From positions 2,219,445-2,283,444 of the forward strand of contig CBDCMW010000002.1 of NCBI GenBank assembly GCA_965219165.1: a stretch of 64,000 nt of DNA. Reading direction: 5' to 3'. The notes under the pieces are model-generated. The model ran no database searches, had not been told where the DNA came from, and worked only from the letters and a program-made list of their open reading frames with translations. Position numbers and translations under genes: made by a program. Origin of the DNA: Candidatus Aldehydirespirator sp. (GTDB taxonomy: Bacteria; Actinomycetota; Acidimicrobiia; Acidimicrobiales; Aldehydirespiratoraceae). Of this stretch, positions 37,809 through 46,705 are shown in pieces (position 1 is the stretch's first letter; every line of letters starts with the position of its first letter).

Positions 37809-39139
37809 GCCGTGCCCGATGGTGCGCTCGGGCCCCCCGTTCGGTCAGCGTCCAATAGAAGAGATTGGGACGAGGCTTCGTCTGGAACCTGCTCCGGCAG
37901 ATCCCGGGGATCGACTACTGTGCTGTGGCGACGGGCCTCTTCGATGGCGAAGGCCACGCGGTGGGTGCGCAGGGCCTCCCCGAACGCTTGCCGTCCTGCC
38001 TTCGTGGGCTCACCGATCTCGTCCAGGTACCGGTGCACGAGGGCGCGGTCGCCGCCGCCGTGGCTGGCGCTCAGGCCTGCGCGCTCGGCACCATCGGCAG
38101 CCCAGAACCGGCGGCGCCGATCAGAAAACGAGTAGAGCTCGACCCCCGCGGCGGTCACAGTGGCCTCCGCTTGGGTGCCCGAGATGATCGTGTGCCTGCT
38201 GCGCAACTCGGTGAACGCGCTGAGGGTGATCGTGGCGGTCTGACCGCCCGCGAACAGCAGTGACGCCACCTGGGTGTCAGCCCCGTCGTTGTCGCCGAGG
38301 TAGACGCACCGGCCATACCGGCTGTTCTCCAATGCGTCCCTGACCGATGCGACCGTCTGGTCGGCCGCGACGGCCTCGACGGGCCACGAGAAGTCTCCCG
38401 CGAGGGCCGCGTCCAGGTAGATCCTCCGAGCGTCGTAGACACAGTCCACCGAGCAGTCAATACAGCGCTCGGCAGCACCGGTCGGCCTCGATTCGGGTCG
38501 GAAGTGGGTGAGGCTGGCGAAGGATGACACCGCCACGCACTCGGAGTCGATCAGGTGCATGATCCAGTCCACATCATGGCACGCCTTGGCCACCATGAAA
38601 TCAGCGGCCGTGGCGGTGGAGTGCCAGTTGCCCCGGACGAACGAGTGGGCGAAGTGCCAGAACCCGACCGGCTCGAGATGCAGAACGTTGACTATGTCGC
38701 CTATGGCGCCGTCGGCGATCAGCGAGCGCAGCAGCCGTGTGTATGGCGCATACCGCAGCACGTGGGCCACCAGGATGGGCGGGGCGGCATCGCCGAGTCC
38801 GGCCCGGAGCCGACAGCAGTCCTGCCATGACCGCGCGATCGGCTTCTCGATCAACATGGGCACTCCCAGCCGAGCGAACCGCAGGGTCGGCTCGACGTGC
38901 ATGTCGTCCATCGTCGCCACGATCACGCCGTCGACCTCACCGGCGTCCAGCTCGAGGGCGTCCCAACTCGACGCTCGCCGCGCCCCGGCCGACCCGAACG
39001 AGCTGAGGAGCCGCCGCTGCTTGCGGACGTCGGGCTCGGCGACGGCCACGACCTCGGCGCCGCGCTCGGCGGCCAGACGGGCGTAGGTGTAACCCCTCGT
39101 TCCGGCCCCGATCACCGCCAGCTTCAGACCTTGGTTCAC
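37805..39139 (-). CDS. Gfo/Idh/MocA-family oxidoreductase
   Basis: Has the Rossmann N-terminus LKLAVIGAGTRG and EKP. GTG 39139 is chosen because the longer ORF overlaps the permease gene. Confidence 0.7.
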   Translation of the reverse strand: MNQGLKLAVIGAGTRGYTYARLAAERGAEVVAVAEPDVRKQRRLLSSFGSAGARRASSWDALELDAGEVDGVIVATMDDMHVEPTLRFARLGVPMLIEKPIARSWQDCCRLRAGLGDAAPPILVAHVLRYAPYTRLLRSLIADGAIGDIVNVLHLEPVGFWHFAHSFVRGNWHSTATAADFMVAKACHDVDWIMHLIDSECVAVSSFASLTHFRPESRPTGAAERCIDCSVDCVYDARRIYLDAALAGDFSWPVEAVAADQTVASVRDALENSRYGRCVYLGDNDGADTQVASLLFAGGQTATITLSAFTELRSRHTIISGTQAEATVTAAGVELYSFSDRRRRFWAADGAERAGLSASHGGGDRALVHRYLDEIGEPTKAGRQAFGEALRTHRVAFAIEEARRHSTVVDPRDLPEQVPDEASSQSLLLDADRTGGPSAPSGTA

Positions 39140-39146
39140 CGTCTGG

Positions 39147-39995
39147 TCAACCCTTCGAACTGCCGGATAGCAGGCCGCTAGCGAACTGTTTCTGCAACAA
39201 CAGATAGTAGATGAGAATCGGTATAGAGGCCAAGAACATGATCCCGAACATCTGCCCATAGTCGTTGTTGTACTGGCCCAGAGCCACAAAGATCCCTGAG
39301 GTGATTGTTATGCCCTGGCTGGGTCCCAGGATGAACAGCGGCGTCACTAGGTCGTTCCAGGTCCACAAACCGATAAAGATAGCGACAGTCGCAGTCGCCG
39401 GGCGCAGCAGTGGAAAGACGACGTACACCAGCGTCTGCATCGGACTAGCGCCGTCAACGAGAGCAGCCTCATCGAGATTCCTGGGGAGTGTCGACATAAA
39501 GCCGACGTAGACGAACACGGCGAATGACAGAAAGCCTCCCCCGACGTTGAACAGCACCAGCCCGGTAAACGTTCGAGCGATACCGAGAAATTCCAGCACC
39601 TCGACTGCGGGGATGAAAACCACATGAGGGGGGATCATCATGCCCGACATCAGCACTATGAGAGCGATCTTTGTGATTCTGTTCCGGCGCCGCACTACCC
39701 AGTAGGCGACCGTGGCGGCGACGGGGACGATGATGATGACGGTGGCAATCGAAATTATCATGCTGTTCCGCAGCCCGATCCACAACAGATTGTCAGAGCG
39801 AGTCAGGCCGTCGACCAAATTCTGCGTGGTGACGGGGTTCGGCAACGCCAAGGGTCGGCGCGAGATCTGCGTGTTGATCTTGAGGACATTCACCACGGCG
39901 ATGTAGAGCGGAAGCGAGAATGCTGCGACGGAGATGCCAGCGAGCAGAAAGCGCGTCTGACGTGACAGTGTTGTCTCGCGGGTCCTGTTGCTCAC
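39147..39995 (-). CDS. Carbohydrate ABC transporter permease
   Basis: Multi-TM protein with the EAA-loop region (LDEAALVDGASPMQT). Confidence 0.85.
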   Translation of the reverse strand: MSNRTRETTLSRQTRFLLAGISVAAFSLPLYIAVVNVLKINTQISRRPLALPNPVTTQNLVDGLTRSDNLLWIGLRNSMIISIATVIIIVPVAATVAYWVVRRRNRITKIALIVLMSGMMIPPHVVFIPAVEVLEFLGIARTFTGLVLFNVGGGFLSFAVFVYVGFMSTLPRNLDEAALVDGASPMQTLVYVVFPLLRPATATVAIFIGLWTWNDLVTPLFILGPSQGITITSGIFVALGQYNNDYGQMFGIMFLASIPILIYYLLLQKQFASGLLSGSSKG

Positions 39996-40891
39996 AACTG
40001 GACCTCACGACGTCGCATCAGACCGACCAGGATTGCCGATACAGAACCGATGATCAACAAGAGCACAAACGCAATAGATGACGCGTAGCCGGTCCGGTTG
40101 TTCGTGAACCCCATGCGCAGGAGGTAGAACACTGCGGTTTCCGTCCGGAAGCCTGGACCCCCGCCGGTCAGCACGGCCACGTGGTCATAGAGTCGGAGTG
40201 TGGTGATGAGGACGATCGTCACTGCGATGGTCACGCCTTGCGCCATGAGCGGAAACGAGATCTTGGAGAAGCGCTTCCACACTCCTGCGCCGTCGATCAG
40301 GGCGGCCTCCAATAGCTCATCCGGTACCGACTGCAGGGCCGCTAGGTAAACCACGGTAGTGAAGCCGATCATCTGCCAGATAACCACCGCTGCAATCGAC
40401 GAGAGCGCCAAATCCGGTTTGCCCAACCATGGCTCGGCCAGGCTTTCCAATCCAATGGACTCAAGAACCGAGTTCAGGATCCCACGGTTGGACAGGATCG
40501 TGACGAAGATGAAACTCACCACGACTGCACTCAAGACTTGAGGTATGAACACCAGCGTACGGAGAACACGATAGTAGCGCGACGTCCCATCCAACACAAT
40601 AGCCAAGGCCAATCCACCCAGATTCGCGCCGATTGTGACGGCGATTGTCAACTTCGCCGTGTTCTTGAGAGCCCGGTGCAGCGGCTCGTCGCCGAACAGT
40701 TCGCGATAGTTGTCGAGGCCGACGAAGTTGGCGTCGTTGAGCAGTGGATTCTGGTCGGTGAACCCGACATAGAAGCTGATTGCCAGAGGAATGAGAACGA
40801 ACGTCGTGAACAGCAGCAGGCCTCCAGAGGCCGCAACCTCGAGCATCGTGATGCGGCGCCCTCCGCCCCGACGAGGACTCAATCGTTGCAC
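39992..40891 (-). CDS. Carbohydrate ABC transporter permease
   Basis: Multi-TM protein with an EAA loop (LLEAALIDGAGVWKRF). It overlaps the next permease by 4 bp. Confidence 0.85.
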   Translation of the reverse strand: MQRLSPRRGGGRRITMLEVAASGGLLLFTTFVLIPLAISFYVGFTDQNPLLNDANFVGLDNYRELFGDEPLHRALKNTAKLTIAVTIGANLGGLALAIVLDGTSRYYRVLRTLVFIPQVLSAVVVSFIFVTILSNRGILNSVLESIGLESLAEPWLGKPDLALSSIAAVVIWQMIGFTTVVYLAALQSVPDELLEAALIDGAGVWKRFSKISFPLMAQGVTIAVTIVLITTLRLYDHVAVLTGGGPGFRTETAVFYLLRMGFTNNRTGYASSIAFVLLLIIGSVSAILVGLMRRREVQL

Positions 40892-40982
40892 GGACGACCT
40901 CCCTCAGGAGAAACTCCTCGGCCTGCGGCACCTGGCACCGCAGGCCGAAGAGAAGTCGCGCAAGTTTACAGGGAGGCCTGCT

Positions 40983-42485
40983 CTAGCTGTTTGCGGCGTC
41001 GAAGGCTTCGTCGAGTCGGGCCATCTCGTCGGCGACATCGTCACCGAGGAAGATGTTCTGCGCTGTCGCGTAGAACTCATCGTTGAAGCCCGGGGGCATG
41101 AGCATCCGGTCATTGACGGTCCAGGCGAATGGGGGCACGACGATGCTGCTCGTGTCCGTGGTCCAGGCGAAGGCGTCGTTGTAGATAGGCAGCACTTCAG
41201 CACCGAGATCGGGCGCTCCCTGTCCCTTCACGTACACGAACAAGCCGTCGGACTCGATCAGGAAACGCGACACCTCAGGGTCGGTGTGCCAGTTCTGCGC
41301 GAATTCCATCGCTCTGTCGACATCCTCGACCAGTGCAGAGACCGACAAGTTGCCGCCGACGTGGAGCGGGATCACCACATTCCCGCTGTCGGTGGGGAAC
41401 GGGAATACACCGACAGGAAAGTCGGCTTGTCCGGCCGCACCCAGCCACCACGAGCCCATCATGTACATCGCTGCCTCCCCGTCGAGGAAGGCGTTGGTGG
41501 CGCCATCGTAGGCGACGCCGAGCGCTCCGTCATCAACTAGGCCCTCATCGACGAACTGCTTCCACTTGGTGGCCGCGGCCACAACATTGTCATCGGAGAA
41601 CGACACCTCGCCGGCTGTGCGCTTGATGACCCAATCGGGGTCCTGGCCCAGCACGTCGACTGCCATGAGCGTGGAGAGCGTCAGCGAAGCAGACCAAGGC
41701 TCCGCTCCGGCGTAGGAGATGGGCACGAGCCCTGCATCCCTGGTTGCCCTCGCAACATCGAGGAACTCGGCGTAGGTGGTCGGGACGTCTAGACCAAGCT
41801 CAGCAAAGACGCTCTCGTTGTAGAAGACCATAGTGATGATCTGGCCACCCGATGGCGTCTGCCAGGCATTGCCGTCGATCTTCGTGGCATCCGGGAAGAG
41901 GTAGTGCTCGTTGAGGTAGTCGTCGCGGTACGGGACCAGCAGGTCGGCCTCCACGAAGTCATTGACATTCAGTGCGGCCAGAACATCGGGGAGCTGGCCC
42001 GCGGCTTGGAGTTGCTTTGCGTAGGCCGTCCTGTCGAGATCCGGAGTCACGAGTTTGACGACATTCACCCCGTCAATAGGTGCTGCTGCTGCGGCCAATG
42101 TGGCGTCCCAGAACTCGGGAGTAAGCGCCGGCGTCTCAAAGACAAGCACCTCCAGATCGAACTCTTCCGCCGCGGGTGCAGCATCGTCGTCCGTCGCGGG
42201 TGCAGCATCGTCGTCCGTCGCGGGTGCAGCATCGTCGTCCGCCGCGGGTGCAGCATCGTCGTCCGCCGCGGGTGCAGCATCGTCGTCCGCCGCGGGTGCA
42301 GCATCGTCGTCCGCCGCGGGTGCAGCATCGTCGTCCGCCGCGGGTGCAGCATCGTCGTCCGTCGCGGGTGCAGCATCGTCGTCCGCCGCGGGTGCAGCAT
42401 CGTCATCGTCGCCACACGCCCCGGCGATCAAGGCCAACACCAGAAACACACCAAAGAGTCGCACAATGATATTGGACTTAGACAT
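40983..42485 (-). CDS. ABC transporter sugar-binding lipoprotein with repetitive acidic linker
   Basis: Has a signal peptide and lipobox (LALIAGACG), then ten DDDAAPA(A/T) units, then a family-1 solute-binding domain. Confidence 0.85.
   Translation of the reverse strand: MSKSNIIVRLFGVFLVLALIAGACGDDDDAAPAADDDAAPATDDDAAPAADDDAAPAADDDAAPAADDDAAPAADDDAAPAADDDAAPATDDDAAPATDDDAAPAAEEFDLEVLVFETPALTPEFWDATLAAAAAPIDGVNVVKLVTPDLDRTAYAKQLQAAGQLPDVLAALNVNDFVEADLLVPYRDDYLNEHYLFPDATKIDGNAWQTPSGGQIITMVFYNESVFAELGLDVPTTYAEFLDVARATRDAGLVPISYAGAEPWSASLTLSTLMAVDVLGQDPDWVIKRTAGEVSFSDDNVVAAATKWKQFVDEGLVDDGALGVAYDGATNAFLDGEAAMYMMGSWWLGAAGQADFPVGVFPFPTDSGNVVIPLHVGGNLSVSALVEDVDRAMEFAQNWHTDPEVSRFLIESDGLFVYVKGQGAPDLGAEVLPIYNDAFAWTTDTSSIVVPPFAWTVNDRMLMPPGFNDEFYATAQNIFLGDDVADEMARLDEAFDAANS
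42168..42410. repeat. 24-bp x10 in-frame tandem repeat
   Basis: The unit cgYcgcgggtgcagcatcgtcgtc encodes DDDAAPA(A/T) on the minus strand. Confidence 0.9.
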
Positions 42486-42498
42486 CGAGAATCCTCCT

Positions 42499-42514
42499 GA
42501 GTAATCGATTACTC
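42499..42514. promoter_or_regulatory. LacI-type operator, perfect 16-bp palindrome
   Basis: GAGTAATCGATTACTC lies just upstream of the RBS of the binding-protein gene. A TACAAT -10-like hexamer sits nearby on the coding strand. Confidence 0.6.
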
Positions 42515-42674
42515 GATTGTACAACACAACCTCAGCGATCTGTCAAGTAGCGGTTGTGGGGTGGGTCCCTGCACCGTTCGGCCCAGCGCCGGCCCGAGGC
42601 GGCGCCGAGTCGCGCTGAGGCCGAGTTGCGTGAGTGGCTGCGGGACTTCGCTGGTTGCCATCCATGGCTCCGGT

Positions 42675-42865
42675 GGCGCAAGGCTCATGCGGGGGCTCAC
42701 CGTGAGGGGCTGGCCACCAACCCCCAAGCGCACACGCCGCATCTGGCGCGACGAACGCCTTCAGCGGCCTCCTCAGCGCAAGGCCAAGCGCCACCGCCTC
42801 TCAGACGGCACCGCCGCACGGCTGCGCGCCCAGGGTCCCAACGATGTGTGGGCGCTGGAAGACCC
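42675..42865 (+). pseudogene. IS3-type transposase (OrfB) fragment
   Basis: KRTRRIWRDERLQRPPQRKAKRHRL...RAQGPNDVWALE resembles the segment just before the IS3 integrase core. Confidence 0.45.
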
Positions 42866-42954
42866 ACCAGCACCAACCAACACACCCATAGCACCTGGAC
42901 TCACAAACGGGTCCCCGTCAGTTGCTGATTAGCCATCGGCTATTGTTCACGACC

Positions 42955-43971
42955 ATGGCGACAATCCGTGACGTGGCGACTGAGGCTGGATTATCGACGG
43001 CCACAGTGTCCCGAGTGATGAACAACAACGGCCGCGTGGATGTGGCGTTGGTAGCTCGCGTGAACGAGGCCATTGACCGGCTCGGCTATCGGGCGAACCC
43101 GCTCGGCCGCGCGCTGCGACGCAAACGGACGCCTATCTGGGGCTTCCTGGCATCTGACATCGAGGCTCCTTTCTTCGCGTCGCTCCTGCACGGGCTCGAA
43201 GGACAAGCATTGCTAAACGGCAAGCTGCTCATGCTGTGCAACACAGGCGAGGACCTCGAACGAGAGCGCCAATACATCCAGACAGCGCTCGATTACCAGT
43301 TCGGTGGCCTTGTCATCGCGGCGGCATCGATGACCGCGACCGAGTTGGACGTGCTCCAAGACGAGATGCCCGTCGTGCTGGTTGACCGCGTCTCGGCTAC
43401 CTACCCCGAGATCGATGCAGTGCTGGTCAACAACCACCTTGGGGCCCACTTGGCGGTGACTCACCTGTTGGAGAATGACTACCGGCGTATCGGGCTCATA
43501 GCCGGTCCGTCGGACATCAGCACGGCTCATCAGCGTCGAGCGGGCTACTGCTCAGCGCTCGTCGACTATGGGATCGGCGTGACTGATGACCTCGTCGTGA
43601 CCGGCGATTTCTTCGCCCCCAGCGGCTACACAGCAGCAACGGCACTTGTCACGGCGGATCAACCTGCGGACGCGTTGTTCGTTGCAAACGGACAGATGGC
43701 CGTGGGAGCTTACGCTGCGGTGCGCGACCTCGGCCTCTCCATCCCAGATGAGTTGGGGTTCGCTACATTCGATGACGATCTGTGGATGACGCTGGTCGAT
43801 CCATCACTTACCGTTGTGCGGCAACCTGCCTACGAACTCGGCGAGGCTGCAGCCCATATTCTGCTGCGTAGAGAAAGCGTTAAGGATCCTGAAGCGGGCG
43901 AGGTCGTCCGCCACATCTTGGAACCCGAACTAATTGTGCGGGCCAGCAGCTACCGCGGGGTGGGCCCCTGA
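42955..43971 (+). CDS. LacI-family transcriptional regulator
   Basis: Has the HTH MATIRDVATEAGLSTATVSRVMNN and a periplasmic-binding-like effector domain. Confidence 0.85.
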   Translation: MATIRDVATEAGLSTATVSRVMNNNGRVDVALVARVNEAIDRLGYRANPLGRALRRKRTPIWGFLASDIEAPFFASLLHGLEGQALLNGKLLMLCNTGEDLERERQYIQTALDYQFGGLVIAAASMTATELDVLQDEMPVVLVDRVSATYPEIDAVLVNNHLGAHLAVTHLLENDYRRIGLIAGPSDISTAHQRRAGYCSALVDYGIGVTDDLVVTGDFFAPSGYTAATALVTADQPADALFVANGQMAVGAYAAVRDLGLSIPDELGFATFDDDLWMTLVDPSLTVVRQPAYELGEAAAHILLRRESVKDPEAGEVVRHILEPELIVRASSYRGVGP

Positions 43972-44022
43972 TTTGGGTCCGCGTGCCGTGCGGTGGGCCA
44001 GCACCGTTCGCCGTCAATCGGC

Positions 44023-44439
44023 TCAGAGGACACCCTTGCGAACTGTCGCGTTCCCATAAGGACGCGGCTCACCTGTCTGCACGATGACAACGGCGGAACT
44101 GGCGTAATCGTAGAAATCGTGCCGCTTGAGTCCCACGACGTGCTCATCGGCTACCCCGGCGCGTCCGAGAACGGCTCTGCACTCAGCATGAACCTCGACC
44201 TCGCCGCGTGGTTCGGCCATCAACATGGCGCTGGGCAGATCGTCGATATCCACCGGAATTGCCGAGACTACGGCCTCAAGCGCTTCCGGTGTAGAACATC
44301 CCACAAGCCGGACGACCGGCGGACCCAAGGAGCCCGCGGGGAAGTTGCGATCTACAATGGCTGCCACGTCCCCGTGCCCCATCCCGGCCAAGGCCATGAG
44401 CAGTTCCGGGGACAGCCGCGGGTCAACACCGATGATCAT
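44023..44439 (-). CDS. fucU: RbsD/FucU-family mutarotase
   Basis: Has LSPELLMALAGMGHGDVAAIVDRNFP and a C-terminal YGN. Confidence 0.75.
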   Translation of the reverse strand: MIIGVDPRLSPELLMALAGMGHGDVAAIVDRNFPAGSLGPPVVRLVGCSTPEALEAVVSAIPVDIDDLPSAMLMAEPRGEVEVHAECRAVLGRAGVADEHVVGLKRHDFYDYASSAVVIVQTGEPRPYGNATVRKGVL

Positions 44440-44448
44440 TTGACTCCT

Positions 44449-44464
44449 TAGTAAACGATTACTC
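44449..44464. promoter_or_regulatory. Second LacI-type operator (near-palindrome)
   Basis: TAGTAAACGATTACTC occupies the same position relative to the RBS as the 42499 site. A TATAGT -10-like hexamer is adjacent. Confidence 0.55.
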
Positions 44465-44568
44465 GAACTATAGAACGTGTCGTACAGGAGCCGCAAACGA
44501 ACCGGTGTCGTTCGCTAGCGCGGTTCAACCTGTGCCATCGCTTACTCCCGACGGACTATTTTCCCAGA

Positions 44569-44877
44569 GTGTTGAGGGCCCTTCAGCGCCTGGGGGCGCG
44601 GGTGTTTCATGTGAGCGTGCCCACGCCACCTCAGCGGGCGCCGGTGCCGGTGCGCTCCACCGGCGCCTCCGATGTCGGCTCCGTCGCGCGGGGCGACGAC
44701 AGCGACGACAGCGACTACGACTTTCTCGCTCGCTTCGCCGAAGGCGCCTCCCTGTTCGACCTCGCCGGGCTCCAACTGGACCTCAAGGAACTCCTCGGGC
44801 GCGATGTCGACGTGATCTCCGTCGGTGGCCTGAAGGACAAGCATCAGGGCATGCTCAACGACGCCATCACACTGTGA
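44569..44877 (+). pseudogene. Decayed second MntA-like nucleotidyltransferase
   Basis: GSVARGDDSDDSDYDFLARFAEGASLFDLAGLQLDLKELLGRDVDVISVGGLKDKHQGMLNDAITL is close to copy 1. The N-terminal 30-40 residues are unrelated. Only about 5 codons of the downstream HepT remain. Confidence 0.55.
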
Positions 44878-44962
44878 GCCAGCGCGACATCAAGAATTCC
44901 CCAACAATGCCGCGGAACTGCGGCATTCACGATGCGCGGACCTTCCGCTTGCCCCGTGGGGG

Positions 44963-46237
44963 TCAGGGACCGAGCAGCGCGGCGGGCACGACCGCGATCC
45001 CGTCGCGGTCGCGGTAGGCGTGTCGGCCGGTGGTGACGATCATCGCGTCGGCGAGGTCGGACCCCAGGCGGTCGGCGAGCCAGCGCAGATGGACGGTGTC
45101 TTCGCGGTTCGGGGTGGTGGCCAGCTTGACCTCAATGGCCAACAGGCGCCGGTCCTTCTCGACGATCAGGTCAATCTCGCGGTCGTCGTTCCATGTTCGC
45201 AGATGCCCCACGGAGGCTCCGGCGGCCTGCGCGTAGACCCGCACGTCCAAGGTGACCAGCGACTCGAACAGCGCCCCGAGCAGCGGCCCCGCGCCGAGCC
45301 CCCGGGGAGCGGCCGGACTGCCGCTCACCAGTCCCGAGGCGGTGGCACCGATCAGACGCGCCGCCAACGCCGGGTCGGAGAGATGGTGCTTGGGGCCGCG
45401 CTTGAGCCGGCTCAAAGGATTGCCCAGCGGCCACCACGCCAGCAGCGGGTCGACCAGCCACATCGCCTCGAGCAGGTCGCGGTAGACGGTGGTGGTGCTC
45501 TTGGCCGGCTTGGCGGACTCGCCGCCGGTGGCCGCGTCCCTGATCGTCTCGTAGGTGGCTGTGGTGGAGGTGGCCGCGGCGTAGGCGGTCAGCCAGCGGC
45601 GCACGATCCCTGGGCGCCTGGCCCGGTGGCCCATCAGGGGCAGGTCGTGGTCGGTGGCTCGGTCCAGGTAGCCGTCGAGCAGGTCGGGCCGCGCGGCAGG
45701 CTCGGCCAGGCGCATACCCGGGAAGCCGGAGGCCGCGATCTCGCTGGCGTAGTAGTCGAGCGCGGCATCAGTCTCGCCACCGATATCGGGACGGCCGCCG
45801 GCGAGCAGCTGCGCGAGGCTCACCGAAGGAGACGCCGCGCCGCGCTCGAACAGGCTCATCGGCCTCATCCGCAAAGTGACGATCCGCCCGGCGCCGGAGT
45901 GGGTGGGCGCGGTCTGCGGCGACGCGGACCCGGCCAGCAGGAAGGTCCCCGGCCCGGCGCCCCGGTCCACCGCCCGCCGCACGAGGTCCCACGACGGCGG
46001 ATACCGCTGCCATTCGTCGATGAAGACGGGCGCCTCACCCCGCACGAGCCGGCCGGGGTCGGCTTCGGCGAGCGCCATGGTCTCGGGATCGTCCAGATCG
46101 TAGACAGTGCGGGCCCGCCGCAGCGCGGTCGAGGTCTTGCCCACGGCCCGTGGCCCCTCAAGACACACAGCGGGCAGCCCGTCAAGGAGCCGGTCGAGCT
46201 GATCGTCCACGATGCGAGGCTGGTATGCCTGGTTCAC
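44963..46237 (-). CDS. AAA_14/DUF4143 ATPase, paralog 3
   Basis: Has GPRAVGKTS, FIDEWQ and EIDLIV...IEVKLA motifs. Length 424 aa. Confidence 0.85.
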   Translation of the reverse strand: MNQAYQPRIVDDQLDRLLDGLPAVCLEGPRAVGKTSTALRRARTVYDLDDPETMALAEADPGRLVRGEAPVFIDEWQRYPPSWDLVRRAVDRGAGPGTFLLAGSASPQTAPTHSGAGRIVTLRMRPMSLFERGAASPSVSLAQLLAGGRPDIGGETDAALDYYASEIAASGFPGMRLAEPAARPDLLDGYLDRATDHDLPLMGHRARRPGIVRRWLTAYAAATSTTATYETIRDAATGGESAKPAKSTTTVYRDLLEAMWLVDPLLAWWPLGNPLSRLKRGPKHHLSDPALAARLIGATASGLVSGSPAAPRGLGAGPLLGALFESLVTLDVRVYAQAAGASVGHLRTWNDDREIDLIVEKDRRLLAIEVKLATTPNREDTVHLRWLADRLGSDLADAMIVTTGRHAYRDRDGIAVVPAALLGP

Positions 46238-46244
46238 AGCTCTT

Positions 46245-46327
46245 ACACTACTATTTATCAGCTTGTAACACTACTAATTCTCAGACTAATCCTCTAGACT
46301 ACTAATCCTCATATCCCTACACTACTG
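46245..46327 (-). promoter_or_regulatory. Four or five direct ACACTACTA-type repeats in an AT-rich leader upstream of ATPase paralog 3
   Basis: acactacta at 46245-46253 and 46268-46276, gactactaa at 46297-46305, acactactg at 46319-46327, plus a partial agactaatcc at 46283-46292. Confidence 0.45.
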
Positions 46328-46516
46328 ATCCACGCTCGCGGCCAGCCGGGACCCGTAGGAAGCCGTCTGGAGGGCCGTGGGATGGCGAACCGTGGGTGTC
46401 ACACCTGGTTCATACTCTCTAGGTATGCGATTGTCGGCGACAGCTGTCTGGAAGCCGCACGAAGGCTGCTGCCCTCTCTTCGAAGTGTGCAGCCTGTGGC
46501 GGTTGAGGAGGACCTC

Positions 46517-46705
46517 ATGGACATCATCGGGTTGATTGCTCGTGCCCCTTGGCGTGAGGCGATGACCTATCGGGATTCGTGGCCCCACGAGTATGTAATG
46601 GTGAAGAAGGACGGGCAGGAGGCGCTGCTGGCGGCGTTTTGTGCTCGGATCGAGGCGGGCGAGGGGGTGGAGTGTGAGTTCTTCAATCAGCGGCGCGGGT
46701 ACCTG
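46517..46705 (+). pseudogene. Hypothetical gene truncated at the repeat boundary
   Basis: MDIIGLIARAPWREAMTYRDSWPHEYVMVKKDGQEALLAAFCARIEAGEGVECEFFNQRRGYLF runs straight into the duplicated segment that starts at 46706. Confidence 0.35.

Noticed and set aside
42168-42410. The regular 24-bp array as a possible CRISPR. The arrays at 18085-18183 and 49497-49665 were considered too.
   Set aside because: The units are contiguous with no spacers. They are in frame inside lipoprotein genes and encode low-complexity linkers.
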